From assembly GCA_038323195.1 (NCBI GenBank), contig JBBQGQ010000015.1:33527-97526 (forward strand): a stretch of DNA of 64,000 nucleotides. Reading direction: 5' to 3'. The notes beneath the pieces are model-generated. The model had not been told where the DNA came from. It saw only the letters and a list, made by a program, of their open reading frames with translations, and did not search any database. Below are positions 52,777 to 61,876 of the stretch, piece by piece. Both the position numbers and the translations under genes were made by a program. This DNA comes from Acidimicrobiia bacterium (GTDB taxonomy: Bacteria; Actinomycetota; Acidimicrobiia; IMCC26256; PALSA-610). Numbering within the stretch: position 1 is the first letter of the stretch; each line of letters begins with the position of its first letter.

Positions 52777-53685
52777 TTACGCCTTGTCTCCGACTTCGAG
52801 CGCTTGGCGGTCCCAGCGACCAGTTTCCGCGGCGGCCTCGTACGTGCTTTGCAGGAAAGCCAGCAGCGTGGAGTCCGGGTCGTCGGACGTGCGCACGGTG
52901 CGGTACGGCAACACGAACTCACCGAGCTCGGCGTCGTAGCGCGCGCCGGGACCGACCGCGTACGCGGCGAAGCCGGGCGGCTCGGGGTAGGCGTAGCAAT
53001 AGAAGGAGCCCTCGTCGCTGCCACCCGGCCAGAACCCGCAACTGCTCACCTCGTGGCTGTACGCCTCCTGCATCACCCAGTCGGCGCAGTTCGGCACGCC
53101 GCCCGGGTGCAGGGGAGCGCGTCGACCGGAGAAGCGCGTCGTGGCGAGATCGAACCCGCCCCAGAAGAAGTGGACGGGGCTGTTCTTGCCGACGAACCGC
53201 GATCGGAACACGCGCAGCACGCGGTCGGCCTGGACGAGCGCCAGCCAGAAGCGGTGCATCGCTTCGGCCTCGTACGCATGGTGCTCGACATCATCGGCGA
53301 ACGGAATGGCCTCGGCGATCTCGACCGGGCGGGCCAGGATCTCGACGCGCACGCCGAGCTCGTGCAGGGCGGCCATCGTCGCGTCGTAGAAGCTTGCGAC
53401 CGTACGGGGCTCGAGGGCCACGCCCCGGACGTCGCCGACGGTGGTTCGCAGGACGAGCCGGTGGTCGATGAAGTCGAACTCGATCTCGATGCCGCGTTCG
53501 CCGGCGTGCATCAACGACGTGGTGAGTCCCCGGGCGGACACGTAGAGCGTCACCTGCCACCAGTGATTCAGCCGCGGTTCGAGGGCGAGCCGGATCTTGC
53601 CGACGATCTGGGTCCACATGTGCACCGTGGCGCGTGTGTCTTCCCAGTCGGCGAGCGTCAGCACGGGCCATGGTTGCGAGGTCAT
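52777..53685 (-). CDS. DUF5996 family protein
   Basis: 302-aa ORF. TVHMWTQIVGKIRLALEPRLNHWWQVTLYVSARGLTT matches my memory of the DUF5996 family N-terminus. No function is known. Confidence 0.7.
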   Translation of the reverse strand: MTSQPWPVLTLADWEDTRATVHMWTQIVGKIRLALEPRLNHWWQVTLYVSARGLTTSLMHAGERGIEIEFDFIDHRLVLRTTVGDVRGVALEPRTVASFYDATMAALHELGVRVEILARPVEIAEAIPFADDVEHHAYEAEAMHRFWLALVQADRVLRVFRSRFVGKNSPVHFFWGGFDLATTRFSGRRAPLHPGGVPNCADWVMQEAYSHEVSSCGFWPGGSDEGSFYCYAYPEPPGFAAYAVGPGARYDAELGEFVLPYRTVRTSDDPDSTLLAFLQSTYEAAAETGRWDRQALEVGDKA

Positions 53686-53772
53686 GTCGTCTCCCGAGAT
53701 CAGACGGCGGTCGTTCTACTACGCGGCCGCGGTGCGCAGGTCACGGGGGCTGAAAGAGAACGGGCTGCCTCT

Positions 53773-55443
53773 ATGGTGGCGACCGCAATGAGCGAGACCG
53801 ACCGGACCGAAGTTGCGTGGACGAGGCTCGACGGGCCCATGCTCGAGGAGCTGAAGTCGTTCGGCGAGATCCGAGAGGTCGCGCGCGGCGACATCTTGTA
53901 TCGCGCCGGCGACCCCACCCCCGACTTCTTCGTCGTGCTCGAAGGTGAGGTCGAGATCGTCCGTCTCGAAGACAGCAACGAGGTCGTGGTCGCGACGCAC
54001 GGGGCGCATCGATTCCTCGGCGAGCTCAACCTGCTGACCGGACAGCGCGCATTCCTCACCGCGCGCATCTCGCAGCCGGGACGCCTGTTGGTCGTCCCGC
54101 TCGCCACCTTTCGCCAGCTGATGAGCACGAAGCCCGACTTCTCCGACTCGGTGTTCCGCGCGCTGGTCGCGCGTCGGGAGATCCTGCGGGCCGGGGAGGG
54201 CGCGGGCGCCATTCGCATCATCGGGTCCCGATACTCGCCCGACGCGATGGCGTTGCGGGCGTTCGCGAACCGCTCCCGGCTCCCGCACGCGTGGGTCGAT
54301 CTGGAAGAGATCGACGACGCCTCGGTATACCTCGCGAACATCGGTGTGCGTCCGCGCGACGTGCCGATCGTGATCACGCCGACCGCGTTGTTGCGGAACT
54401 CGACGGTCGGTGAGTTCGCCGAGCACCTCGGCCTGACCTATCGCAACGTCCCCGGCTACCTCAGCGATCTCGTCGTGGTCGGGACCGGACCGGCCGGTCT
54501 CGCCGCCTCGGTCTACGGCGCTTCGGAGGGGCTGGAGACGCTCTCCCTCGACGCCGTTGCCGCGGGCGGTCAAGCCGGCGCGAGCTCGCGCATCGAGAAC
54601 TACGTCGGGTTCCCGAACGGCGTGTCGGGCGACGACCTCGTCGCGAGGGCCGCGATCCAGGCCATGCGCCTCGGTGCCCGGCTCAACGCGCCCTGCGAGG
54701 TCGCGGGCCTGCGCCTCGAAGAGGGCTTCCACGTGGTCGTGCTCGCCGACGGCAGCGAGGTATCCACGCGCGCGGTGATCGTCGCCTCGGGCGCGCACTA
54801 TCGCAAGCTCGAGGTCGACGACCTCGAGCGCTTCGAGGGAGCCGGTATCTACTACGCGGCGACCGAGCTCGAAGCGCGCCTGTGCCGCGGCTTCAACACG
54901 ATCGTCGTAGGCGGCGGCAACTCGGCGGGTCAGGCCGCGATCTACATGGCCCAGCAAGGCAGTTCCGTCGCGCTCGTCGTGCGGCGGCGCGAGCTCACGG
55001 AGACGATGTCGCAGTATCTCATCGGCCGCATCGAAGCCAACGACCGCATCGAGGTGCTGAACCACACCGAGGTGCGCCGGCTCGCAGGCGAGAAGCACCT
55101 CGAAGAGGTGACGCTCGAAGACAACCAGAGCGGCGCGCGACGTTCGGTCCCGTGCCAAGGCCTGTTCTGCTTCATCGGTGCCGTCCCCGCGACGGCCTGG
55201 CTCGGCGGATGCGTCGCGCTCGACCGCTCCGGGTTCGTCCTCACCGACCGGGCCCTGCCGGACTCCATCTCGAAGGGATCGGATTTCGGCGGCCGCGATC
55301 CGTTGCCGTTCGAAACTTCACTTCCGGGCGTGTTCGCGGCCGGCGACGTGCGCGCCGGGTCGGTGAAGCGGGTCGCGGCTGCGGTCGGTGAGGGATCGAG
55401 CGCGGTCCGCCAAGTTCATGAATATCTCGCCACGCACGCGTGA
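53773..55443 (+). CDS. cyclic nucleotide-binding domain fused to thioredoxin-reductase-like FAD/NAD(P) oxidoreductase (no CxxC)
   Basis: The N-terminal cNMP-binding domain has FFVVLEGEVEIV...FLGELNLLTGQRAFLTAR. The C-terminus has GTGPAGLAASVY, VVGGGNSAGQAA and GVFAAGDVR. Where TrxR has CATC, this protein has EARLCRG, with a single Cys. An alternative start is ATG at 53788. Confidence 0.85.
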   Translation: MVATAMSETDRTEVAWTRLDGPMLEELKSFGEIREVARGDILYRAGDPTPDFFVVLEGEVEIVRLEDSNEVVVATHGAHRFLGELNLLTGQRAFLTARISQPGRLLVVPLATFRQLMSTKPDFSDSVFRALVARREILRAGEGAGAIRIIGSRYSPDAMALRAFANRSRLPHAWVDLEEIDDASVYLANIGVRPRDVPIVITPTALLRNSTVGEFAEHLGLTYRNVPGYLSDLVVVGTGPAGLAASVYGASEGLETLSLDAVAAGGQAGASSRIENYVGFPNGVSGDDLVARAAIQAMRLGARLNAPCEVAGLRLEEGFHVVVLADGSEVSTRAVIVASGAHYRKLEVDDLERFEGAGIYYAATELEARLCRGFNTIVVGGGNSAGQAAIYMAQQGSSVALVVRRRELTETMSQYLIGRIEANDRIEVLNHTEVRRLAGEKHLEEVTLEDNQSGARRSVPCQGLFCFIGAVPATAWLGGCVALDRSGFVLTDRALPDSISKGSDFGGRDPLPFETSLPGVFAAGDVRAGSVKRVAAAVGEGSSAVRQVHEYLATHA

Positions 55444-55462
55444 GCAATCCGAGGAGGTCGTC

Positions 55463-56074
55463 ATGGGGAGATTCACGCGAGGGTTCGCCGGTCGTGGGCG
55501 AGGCGAGCGCGACCCCCGATTGCCGCCGGGCCAATACGACACCGGCAAAGACTGGCCCGTGCTCACCGCCGAGGTGACACCCCGTCTCGACACTGCCACG
55601 TGGACGTTCAAGATCGAGGGGCTCGTCGATCGTCCCACGACGTGGACGTGGGACGAGATCCACGCACTCCCGCCGGCGAGCTACGCCGGGGCCATCCACT
55701 GCGTCACCACGTGGTCGAAGTTCGACGTGCATTTTGGCGGCGTCTCCGTCGACACACTGCTCGGGGTGGCGGGTGTGCAGCCGGGCGCGACCCACGTCCT
55801 CGCGTTCTCGCACACCGCGTACACGACGAACCTCCCGCTTGCCGACGTCACCGGCGGGAAGGCCTGGGTGGTGTGGGACTACGAAGGCCGTCCGCTCGAA
55901 GCGGCACACGGCGGCCCGGCGCGCCTGCTCGTGCCGCACCTGTATTTCTGGAAGAGCGCGAAGTTCGTCGCCGGCTTGCGCGTCCTCTTCCATGACGAGC
56001 CCGGGTTCTGGGAGCAGAACGGCTATCACGATCGCGGCGATCCCTGGCTCGAGCAGCGCTATCAGGGCGATTAG
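55463..56074 (+). CDS. molybdopterin-dependent oxidoreductase (sulfite-oxidase-fold, YedY/MsrP-like catalytic domain)
   Basis: ATG at 55463 follows GAGGAGG. The 203-aa product has ...HCVTTWSKFDVHFGGVSV... and GGPARLLVPHLYFWKSAKFV, typical of the small sulfite-oxidase-like family. Confidence 0.8.
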   Translation: MGRFTRGFAGRGRGERDPRLPPGQYDTGKDWPVLTAEVTPRLDTATWTFKIEGLVDRPTTWTWDEIHALPPASYAGAIHCVTTWSKFDVHFGGVSVDTLLGVAGVQPGATHVLAFSHTAYTTNLPLADVTGGKAWVVWDYEGRPLEAAHGGPARLLVPHLYFWKSAKFVAGLRVLFHDEPGFWEQNGYHDRGDPWLEQRYQGD

Positions 56075-56799
56075 TGGACTCGCCCCCGACGGCCGGCGCC
56101 GCGCGCGCGATCGCCTGGCAGGCCGTGACGGTCGTCGAGGTCAAACCCGAGACGACGCGCGCCAAGACCTTCCGACTCGCACTGTCCGTGCCGTTCGCGC
56201 ATCGCGCGGGCCAGCACGTCGTCGTGCGGCTCACCGCGCCCGACGGCTACACCGCAGCGCGGTCGTACTCGATCGCGTCGGCGCCCGACGCGTCGGCGGA
56301 GATCGAGGTGACCGTCGAGCGCCTCGAGGGCGGTGAGGTCTCGACGTTCCTGCACGACGGTGTCACCGTCGGCGACGAGCTGGAGGTCAGGGGACCGATC
56401 GGCGGCTGGTTCGTATGGGAGGCCGACTCGCCGGCGCTGCTCGTCGGCGGCGGTTCGGGCGTCGTTCCGCTCATGGCGATGTTGCGACTCGCGCGCCGAA
56501 CGGGCCGGACCGACCTGATTCGGCTGGTTGTCTCGGTGCGTACCCCGGACGATCTGTACTTCGCCGACGAGATCGCCGGGCCCGAGACGACCGTCGTATA
56601 CACGCGCGCGACGCCGCCGTCGTTTTCGCGTCCGCCCGCGCGCCTCACGGGCGACGATATCCCGAAGCCGGTCGCACCGGGAACCCGCGCGTACATCTGC
56701 GGCTCGTCGGGCTTTGCCGACGCCGCGAGCGACGTGCTTCTCGGCGCCGGTCTTCCCACGGAGCAGATCCGGGTCGAACGTTTCGGTCCTTCGGGATGA
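56074..56799 (+). CDS. ferredoxin-NADP reductase-like FAD/NAD(P)-binding oxidoreductase
   Basis: GTG at 56074 overlaps the upstream TAG by 1 nt. RSYSIAS is the RxYS FAD motif and GGGSGVVPLMAM the NAD(P)-binding motif. Confidence 0.85.
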   Translation: MDSPPTAGAARAIAWQAVTVVEVKPETTRAKTFRLALSVPFAHRAGQHVVVRLTAPDGYTAARSYSIASAPDASAEIEVTVERLEGGEVSTFLHDGVTVGDELEVRGPIGGWFVWEADSPALLVGGGSGVVPLMAMLRLARRTGRTDLIRLVVSVRTPDDLYFADEIAGPETTVVYTRATPPSFSRPPARLTGDDIPKPVAPGTRAYICGSSGFADAASDVLLGAGLPTEQIRVERFGPSG

Positions 56800-56806
56800 C
56801 GACCGT

Positions 56807-57655
56807 TCAGGCTTTGACGAACCGTTTGATGAAGGCGAGCGTGGTGTCGGCGACGTCGCGCCAGCCGTGGTCGATGGTGAGCGAGTGGCCACGACCCGGG
56901 ATCTTCACGATCTCGGTGACGCCTTTGTTGCGCTTCTGCTTCTTGTAGGACGCGTTCGCGATCGCCCACGGGACGGTGTGATCCTTCTCGCCGTCGATGA
57001 TGAGCAACGGTCCGCGATCGGGGTTCTTCGACTTCACCTTCGCTTCGGTCCACGGATTCAGGTTCGCGGTCGCGGCCTGGAACAGCGGCACTCCCGACCC
57101 TGGCACTGCGTACGTGTTGTACAGCTCCTGCGCCTCGTCCTCACCGACCGCGTTCGCGAAGGCGAACCGGAACTGCTCGTAGGTGAGCGGGACCGCACGA
57201 TTGTGATTGGCGGGATTGCCGAGCACGGGCGCCGCCGACTTGAGGGCGGAGATGGGCAGTGGCAGCACGCCTCGGAAGGGCGCAGGATCGATGGCGACCG
57301 TTGCATCGGCGACGCCGCGGCCGGCGAGGATCTGGGCCAACAGACCGCCGAACGAGTGCCCGATGAGCGCGGGCCGTTTCGTGAGCTCGCCGATGACCTC
57401 TTCGAAATGATCGGCGATCTGCCCGACCGTCTTGTGCGCGAAGACCTCGGGGTGTGCGTTCGCCTCTCCGACCGTGTTGGGATCGTCGGGCCAACCCGGC
57501 GCGAGTGTCGTGTAGCCGGCGTCGTCGAACACTTGGCGCCAACGATCCCAGCTCATCGGCAACAGCCACAGGCCATGGATGAAGATGACCGGGGTTCGAT
57601 CGGAGGCATTCGCCTGGGCGATCTGACGGTACTCGTACTCCGTGATGTCGACCAC
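56807..57655 (-). CDS. alpha/beta hydrolase
   Basis: 282-aa ORF. VIFIHGLW... and the nucleophile elbow IGHSFGG. Confidence 0.85.
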   Translation of the reverse strand: MVDITEYEYRQIAQANASDRTPVIFIHGLWLLPMSWDRWRQVFDDAGYTTLAPGWPDDPNTVGEANAHPEVFAHKTVGQIADHFEEVIGELTKRPALIGHSFGGLLAQILAGRGVADATVAIDPAPFRGVLPLPISALKSAAPVLGNPANHNRAVPLTYEQFRFAFANAVGEDEAQELYNTYAVPGSGVPLFQAATANLNPWTEAKVKSKNPDRGPLLIIDGEKDHTVPWAIANASYKKQKRNKGVTEIVKIPGRGHSLTIDHGWRDVADTTLAFIKRFVKA

Positions 57656-57683
57656 AGCGAAGTTCTCCTTCTTCGGGGCTTGC

Positions 57684-59075
57684 TCAATGGTGGAAGCCGA
57701 TTGTCGGAGCCTCGGTCCGGGGTATCGGTGCGGTCCGCGCGTCGAGGACGCGCAGCGAGGCCTTCATGTCGTCGAGGAGCAGGCGGGTGAGGTCGATCGA
57801 GACGCCGTTGCGGAACACGACGCGCATCACCGTCATGTCGTCGATGCTTGCCGGCATCGGGTACGCGGGCACTTGCCAGCCCCGCTCGCGCAGCTTCGCC
57901 GACAGGTCGTGCAGGTCCCAGTTCCGATCGCGACCGTCGGTGGTCCAGGTGACGAGCGGCATGTCGGAACCGTCGGTGAGTACCTCGAACGTGTTCATCT
58001 TCGACAGCTCCGCGGCGAGGTAGCGAGCCGCGTCCTTCGACGCCTGCATGACGCGCCGGTATCCCTCACGACCGAGCCGGAGGAAGTTGTAGTACTGCAG
58101 GAGCACCTGGGCACCCGGGCGCGAGAAGTTCAGTGCGAGCGTCGGCATGTTCCCACCGAGATAGCTCACGTTGAAGACGAGCTCCTCGGGCAGGTACTCA
58201 CGGCCCGCCCACACGATCCAACCGAGGCCCGGGTAGACGAGGCCGAACTTGTGCCCGGAGGCGCTGATCGAGTGCACGCGCGGCACGCGGAAGTCCCACT
58301 CGAGATGCGGATCCAGGAACGGCGCGATGAAACCGCCCGACGCGGCGTCGATGTGCAGTGGAATGTCGAGACCGGAGCGGGCCTCGAGCGCGTCGAGCGC
58401 ATCGGCGAGCTCCCGCACGGGTTCGTAGATGCCGTTGTACGTGACGCCGAGGATCGGGACGACGCCGATCGTGTTCTCGTCGACCGCGGCGAGCATGCCC
58501 TCGGCCGTGAGGAACGGCTTGTCCTTCGTGATCGGCACGTAGCGCGGCTCGACCTCGAAGTAATTGGCGAACTTCTCCCATACCACTTGGACCGCGGAGC
58601 TGAAAACGATGTTGGGCGACGCGGTCGACTGTCCCGCGGCTCGTCGAGCGTTCTGCCAGCGGCGCTTGAACGCGAGTCCGCCGAGCATGCAGGCCTCGGA
58701 GGACCCGATCGCCGAAGTGCCGATCGTCGCGTGGGGATCGGGCGCGTTCCACAGGTCGGCCAGGATATGCAGGCAGCGTTCCTCGATCGCCGCGGTCTGC
58801 GGGTACTCGTCCTTGTCGATCATGTTCTTGTCGAACGCTTCCATGTAGAGCTGCGTCGCCTCGGGTTCCATCCACGTGGTCACGAAGGTCGCGAGGTTCT
58901 GGCGGGCATTGCCGTCGAGGAACAGCTCGTCGTGGATGATCTGGTGCGCCGTCTCCGGAAGCATCTCGTCGTCGGGTAACCGCCAGCGCGGGATCGCGTT
59001 CTCCGCTCGTCGCGCGAACAGCGGGTTGACGCAGATCTCGTCGGAGGCACTGGCGCCTCGATGCTCGTGGCTCAT
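57684..59075 (-). CDS. gadB: glutamate decarboxylase (PLP-dependent, group II)
   Basis: ATG at 59075. NLATFVTTWMEPEA...SISASGHKFGLVYPGLGW carries the PLP-Lys motif, and the 463-aa length fits. The upstream 103 aa of the track ORF cross the tRNA gene and are rejected. Confidence 0.9.
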   Translation of the reverse strand: MSHEHRGASASDEICVNPLFARRAENAIPRWRLPDDEMLPETAHQIIHDELFLDGNARQNLATFVTTWMEPEATQLYMEAFDKNMIDKDEYPQTAAIEERCLHILADLWNAPDPHATIGTSAIGSSEACMLGGLAFKRRWQNARRAAGQSTASPNIVFSSAVQVVWEKFANYFEVEPRYVPITKDKPFLTAEGMLAAVDENTIGVVPILGVTYNGIYEPVRELADALDALEARSGLDIPLHIDAASGGFIAPFLDPHLEWDFRVPRVHSISASGHKFGLVYPGLGWIVWAGREYLPEELVFNVSYLGGNMPTLALNFSRPGAQVLLQYYNFLRLGREGYRRVMQASKDAARYLAAELSKMNTFEVLTDGSDMPLVTWTTDGRDRNWDLHDLSAKLRERGWQVPAYPMPASIDDMTVMRVVFRNGVSIDLTRLLLDDMKASLRVLDARTAPIPRTEAPTIGFHH

Positions 59076-59134
59076 CTCGGTCCAAAGGTGTCGGTACAGG
59101 GGTGCGCGCGGCGGAACGCCGCACCTTCGCAACG

Positions 59135-59206
59135 CGCCCTCGGCAGGATTCGAACCTGCGCACACGGCTCCGGAGGCCGATGCTCTATCCCCTGAGCTAC
59201 GAGGGC
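59135..59206 (-). tRNA. tRNA-Arg (anticodon CCG)
   Basis: The manual fold of the reverse complement is GCCCTCG-TA-GCTC-AGGGGATA-GAGC-A-TCGGC-CTCCGGA-GCCGT-GTGC-GCAGG-TTCGAAT-CCTGC-CGAGGGC-G. It has a 7-bp acceptor stem, a canonical T-loop and anticodon CCG flanked by U33 and G37. CCA is not encoded. A hairpin at 59101-59125 follows the 3' end. Confidence 0.9.
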
Positions 59207-59447
59207 GGGGGTTGCAGACTACTTGGCAGAAAACCTCGTGGTCGGGGCGGGTTCGCCGTGTGGAGGATCGCGACTCGTGCCGCGATCGGGCCCGGACAGC
59301 GAGGCGTACGCGATCGGCGATCACGAGCGCGTCGACTCGACCGGGCCCTCTCGGGCGACGTGATCGTGCAAGAACTCGTGCCATATGGCCCTAGCCGCGC
59401 GCCCGTACGACGACGGACGATGGTCCTTGACGATGAGGAGGTGGCTG

Positions 59448-59753
59448 ATGGAAGTCTTCGATGACACATTCATTCCGTCCGGCCTCAGTGCCGTGTGGGC
59501 CGCCGGTCGTCATTGCCCGCGATGCATCTGGCCGTACCTGCACCCGGTCCGGTCGCTCGACCAACGACACTTGCTGTGCGAGTCGTGCGGGCACTGCTGG
59601 CGCGTCGAGCACGGCGCCTTGCGTCCCGTCGAACCGCTCTCATGTCACGGATGCGCCACCCGACCGAAATCCGAATGCATCGAACTGTTGCAAAGTACGT
59701 TCTTGCGCTTCGGAGCGGGAACAGCTACCGACGACGCATCCGTATCCGTATAA
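59448..59753 (+). CDS. Cys-rich putative zinc-ribbon protein (three CxxC pairs), function unknown
   Basis: ATG at 59448 lies 7 nt after GAGGAGG. The 101-aa product has CPRC...CESC...CHGC. Local GC is lower than the surroundings. Confidence 0.55.
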   Translation: MEVFDDTFIPSGLSAVWAAGRHCPRCIWPYLHPVRSLDQRHLLCESCGHCWRVEHGALRPVEPLSCHGCATRPKSECIELLQSTFLRFGAGTATDDASVSV

Positions 59754-59790
59754 GCGCCCATCCGGGCAATGGAGGATGGAGGGTTTGCTG

Positions 59791-60834
59791 ATGAAGGCTC
59801 TCGTGTATCACGGCCCGAACAGCAAGGCGTGGGAAGACGTCGCGAAGCCGACGGTCATTGACGACACGGATGCGATCGTTCGCGTTGACGCCGTCACGAT
59901 CTGCGGCACCGATTTGCATATTTTGAACGGCGACGTCCCCGAGGTGACCGACGGACGGGTCCTTGGCCACGAAGCGGTCGGTACGGTGGAATCGGTCGGC
60001 GTCGGTGTCAAGAACGTGAAGCCCGGCGATCGTGTGCTGGTGTCGTGTATCACGGCGTGTGGGGCGTGTCGATTCTGCCGAGAAGGTCGCTACGGTCAGT
60101 GCCTCGGCGGTGGCGGCTGGATCCTCGGCCATCTGATCGACGGTACGCAGGCCGAGTACGTGCGGGTGCCGTTCGCCGACACGTCGACGTACCCCGTCCC
60201 CGCGGGCGTGAGCGACGAGGCCGTGCTCATGGTGGCCGACATCCTCCCGACGAGTTACGAGGTCGGTGTGTTGAACGGGCACGTCACACCGGGTGATGTG
60301 GTCGCGATCGTGGGTGCGGGCCCGATCGGCTTGTCGGCGATCATCGGCTCCCGGCTGTACAGCCCGAGCCATGTCGTGTCCATCGATCTTGCCGACAGCC
60401 GGTTGGAGGCGGCGAAGCGCTTCGGAGCGGACGTCGTGGTGAACCCGCAACGCGAGGACACGTTGGCGATCGTGCGGTCGCTCACTGACGGTCTCGGCGC
60501 GGATGTGGCGATCGAGGCGGTCGGCACGCCCGAAACCTTCGAACTGACAGCCAGCCTCGCGCGACCGGGCGGCCACATCGCGAACATCGGCGTGCACGGC
60601 AAGCCGGCGACGTTGCATCTCGAAGAGTTGTGGGCGAAGGACGTCACGATCACGACGGGTCTCGTCGACACGTTCTCGACGCCGACGTTCCTGCGCCTCC
60701 TCACGGGCGATCAACTGGACGCGACCCGCTTCGTCACGCACCACTATCCGCTCGATCAATTTCTGGACGCGTACGACGTGTTCGCACGCGCGAGTGAGAC
60801 CGGCGCGCTCAAAGTCGTGCTGACACGGACATGA
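59791..60834 (+). CDS. zinc-dependent alcohol dehydrogenase (MDR family)
   Basis: ATG at 59791 follows GGAGGG. CGTDLH, GHEAVG, structural-Zn Cys residues CITACGACRFC and GAGPIGL. Confidence 0.9.
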   Translation: MKALVYHGPNSKAWEDVAKPTVIDDTDAIVRVDAVTICGTDLHILNGDVPEVTDGRVLGHEAVGTVESVGVGVKNVKPGDRVLVSCITACGACRFCREGRYGQCLGGGGWILGHLIDGTQAEYVRVPFADTSTYPVPAGVSDEAVLMVADILPTSYEVGVLNGHVTPGDVVAIVGAGPIGLSAIIGSRLYSPSHVVSIDLADSRLEAAKRFGADVVVNPQREDTLAIVRSLTDGLGADVAIEAVGTPETFELTASLARPGGHIANIGVHGKPATLHLEELWAKDVTITTGLVDTFSTPTFLRLLTGDQLDATRFVTHHYPLDQFLDAYDVFARASETGALKVVLTRT

Positions 60835-61403
60835 GCACCGACGACGTGCCGCGATCGGGCCGGCGAGGTGTCGTGACGGTCGCCGGAGCGGAACCTCGGT
60901 CCCTGATCCGGCAGGCCGTAGTGTGCGCGGCGGGCTCTGCCCGCCTCTTGGCCGCTCGGCGACTGCACCTTCGACGTTCGCGCCTCGGGTCGACCGTCGC
61001 GTTGCCCGACGGCCGCAGATACGTGGTGTTCCGGGAGTCGAGCTGCGATCAGCAGACAGACACTGCGCCGGTCATGCTCGCCGTCTGGTTCCGGTTGCGC
61101 GCGATTCCGCCCGGCGCGCGCGTTCGCCGTTGGCTCTTCGAACGGCTCTGCATACTGAACACGGTGTTGTTCGCCGGCTTTGACGGATACCTCGTGAAGC
61201 TCTGGATGGTGAACCCGGACACGTCGGACTACGCGGGCTTGTACTCCTGGAGCTCCGCGGACAAGGCCGAGCGGTACGGGCGCTACATCACCTCGGTCCT
61301 GCGCCCGCTCTCGCTTCCGTCGTCTATCGGGTATCAGGTCTTTGCCGACTCGACATTGGAGAGCTATCTGGACCGCTCGCCATCAGCGGAGGGCACTCGA
61401 TGA
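60831..61403 (+). CDS. hypothetical protein
   Basis: 190-aa ORF whose ATG overlaps the ADH stop (ATGA). The C-terminal half (FAGFDGYLVKLWMVNPDTSDYAGLYSWSSADKAERY) looks like a small alpha+beta (ABM/Dabb-like) domain. That assignment is inference only. Confidence 0.6.
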   Translation: MSTDDVPRSGRRGVVTVAGAEPRSLIRQAVVCAAGSARLLAARRLHLRRSRLGSTVALPDGRRYVVFRESSCDQQTDTAPVMLAVWFRLRAIPPGARVRRWLFERLCILNTVLFAGFDGYLVKLWMVNPDTSDYAGLYSWSSADKAERYGRYITSVLRPLSLPSSIGYQVFADSTLESYLDRSPSAEGTR

Positions 61404-61840
61404 ACGACCCTTGGCTCGAGGAACTTTCGCAGAACGAATGCATGGAGCTGCTGCGGCGCGAGTGCGTCGGCAGGATCGCAATCATCGCCGATCAGGGCCC
61501 GATCGTTCTACCGGTGAACTACCGGGTGGTCGAGGCACCCTCCGGACCGCTGCTCGCGGTGCGAACCCGACCCGGCAACGTCATCGCGCAGGCTCCGGAG
61601 AGTGTCGCGTTCGAGATCGACGCCATCAATCCCGTCAGCCAAGAAGGCTGGTCGGTACTCGTGCGGGGCGAGCTCCTCCACGCCGATCCGACGTCCGCCG
61701 CGTTTCGAGACCTCTACGACCCGAACCCGTGGCTCGCCGATCGTGATGCGTGGCTTCTCATCGACTCCTGGGAGGTGAGCGGTCGCCGGCTGCACGGACC
61801 GGATCTGCTCTGGCACTACCGCCCGGGCGAATACGTATAG
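61400..61840 (+). CDS. pyridoxamine 5'-phosphate oxidase-like (Pyridox_ox_2 / FMN- or F420-binding split barrel) protein
   Basis: 146-aa ORF. LSQNECMELLRRECVGRIAII...GPIVLPVNYRVV...GWSVLVRGEL. The ATG overlaps the upstream stop. Confidence 0.8.
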   Translation: MNDPWLEELSQNECMELLRRECVGRIAIIADQGPIVLPVNYRVVEAPSGPLLAVRTRPGNVIAQAPESVAFEIDAINPVSQEGWSVLVRGELLHADPTSAAFRDLYDPNPWLADRDAWLLIDSWEVSGRRLHGPDLLWHYRPGEYV

Positions 61841-61876
61841 GCGCGTCCAGTCCCTGCGAGTGGTGGAGGGTGGGAG

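Noticed and set aside
52804-53772. N-terminal 323 aa of the 879-aa ORF 52804..55443
   Set aside because: This part is antisense to the DUF5996 gene and has Arg/Gly/Val-rich composition. The recognisable cNMP-binding domain begins right after the ATG at 53773/53788.
57684-59384. Integration hotspot or mobile element at tRNA-Arg, and the long 566-aa form of the gad ORF
   Set aside because: No integrase, transposase or excisionase ORF was seen on either side, and I noticed no direct repeat of the tRNA 3' end. The long ORF form reads through the tRNA gene itself, and the true gad start is the ATG at 59075.
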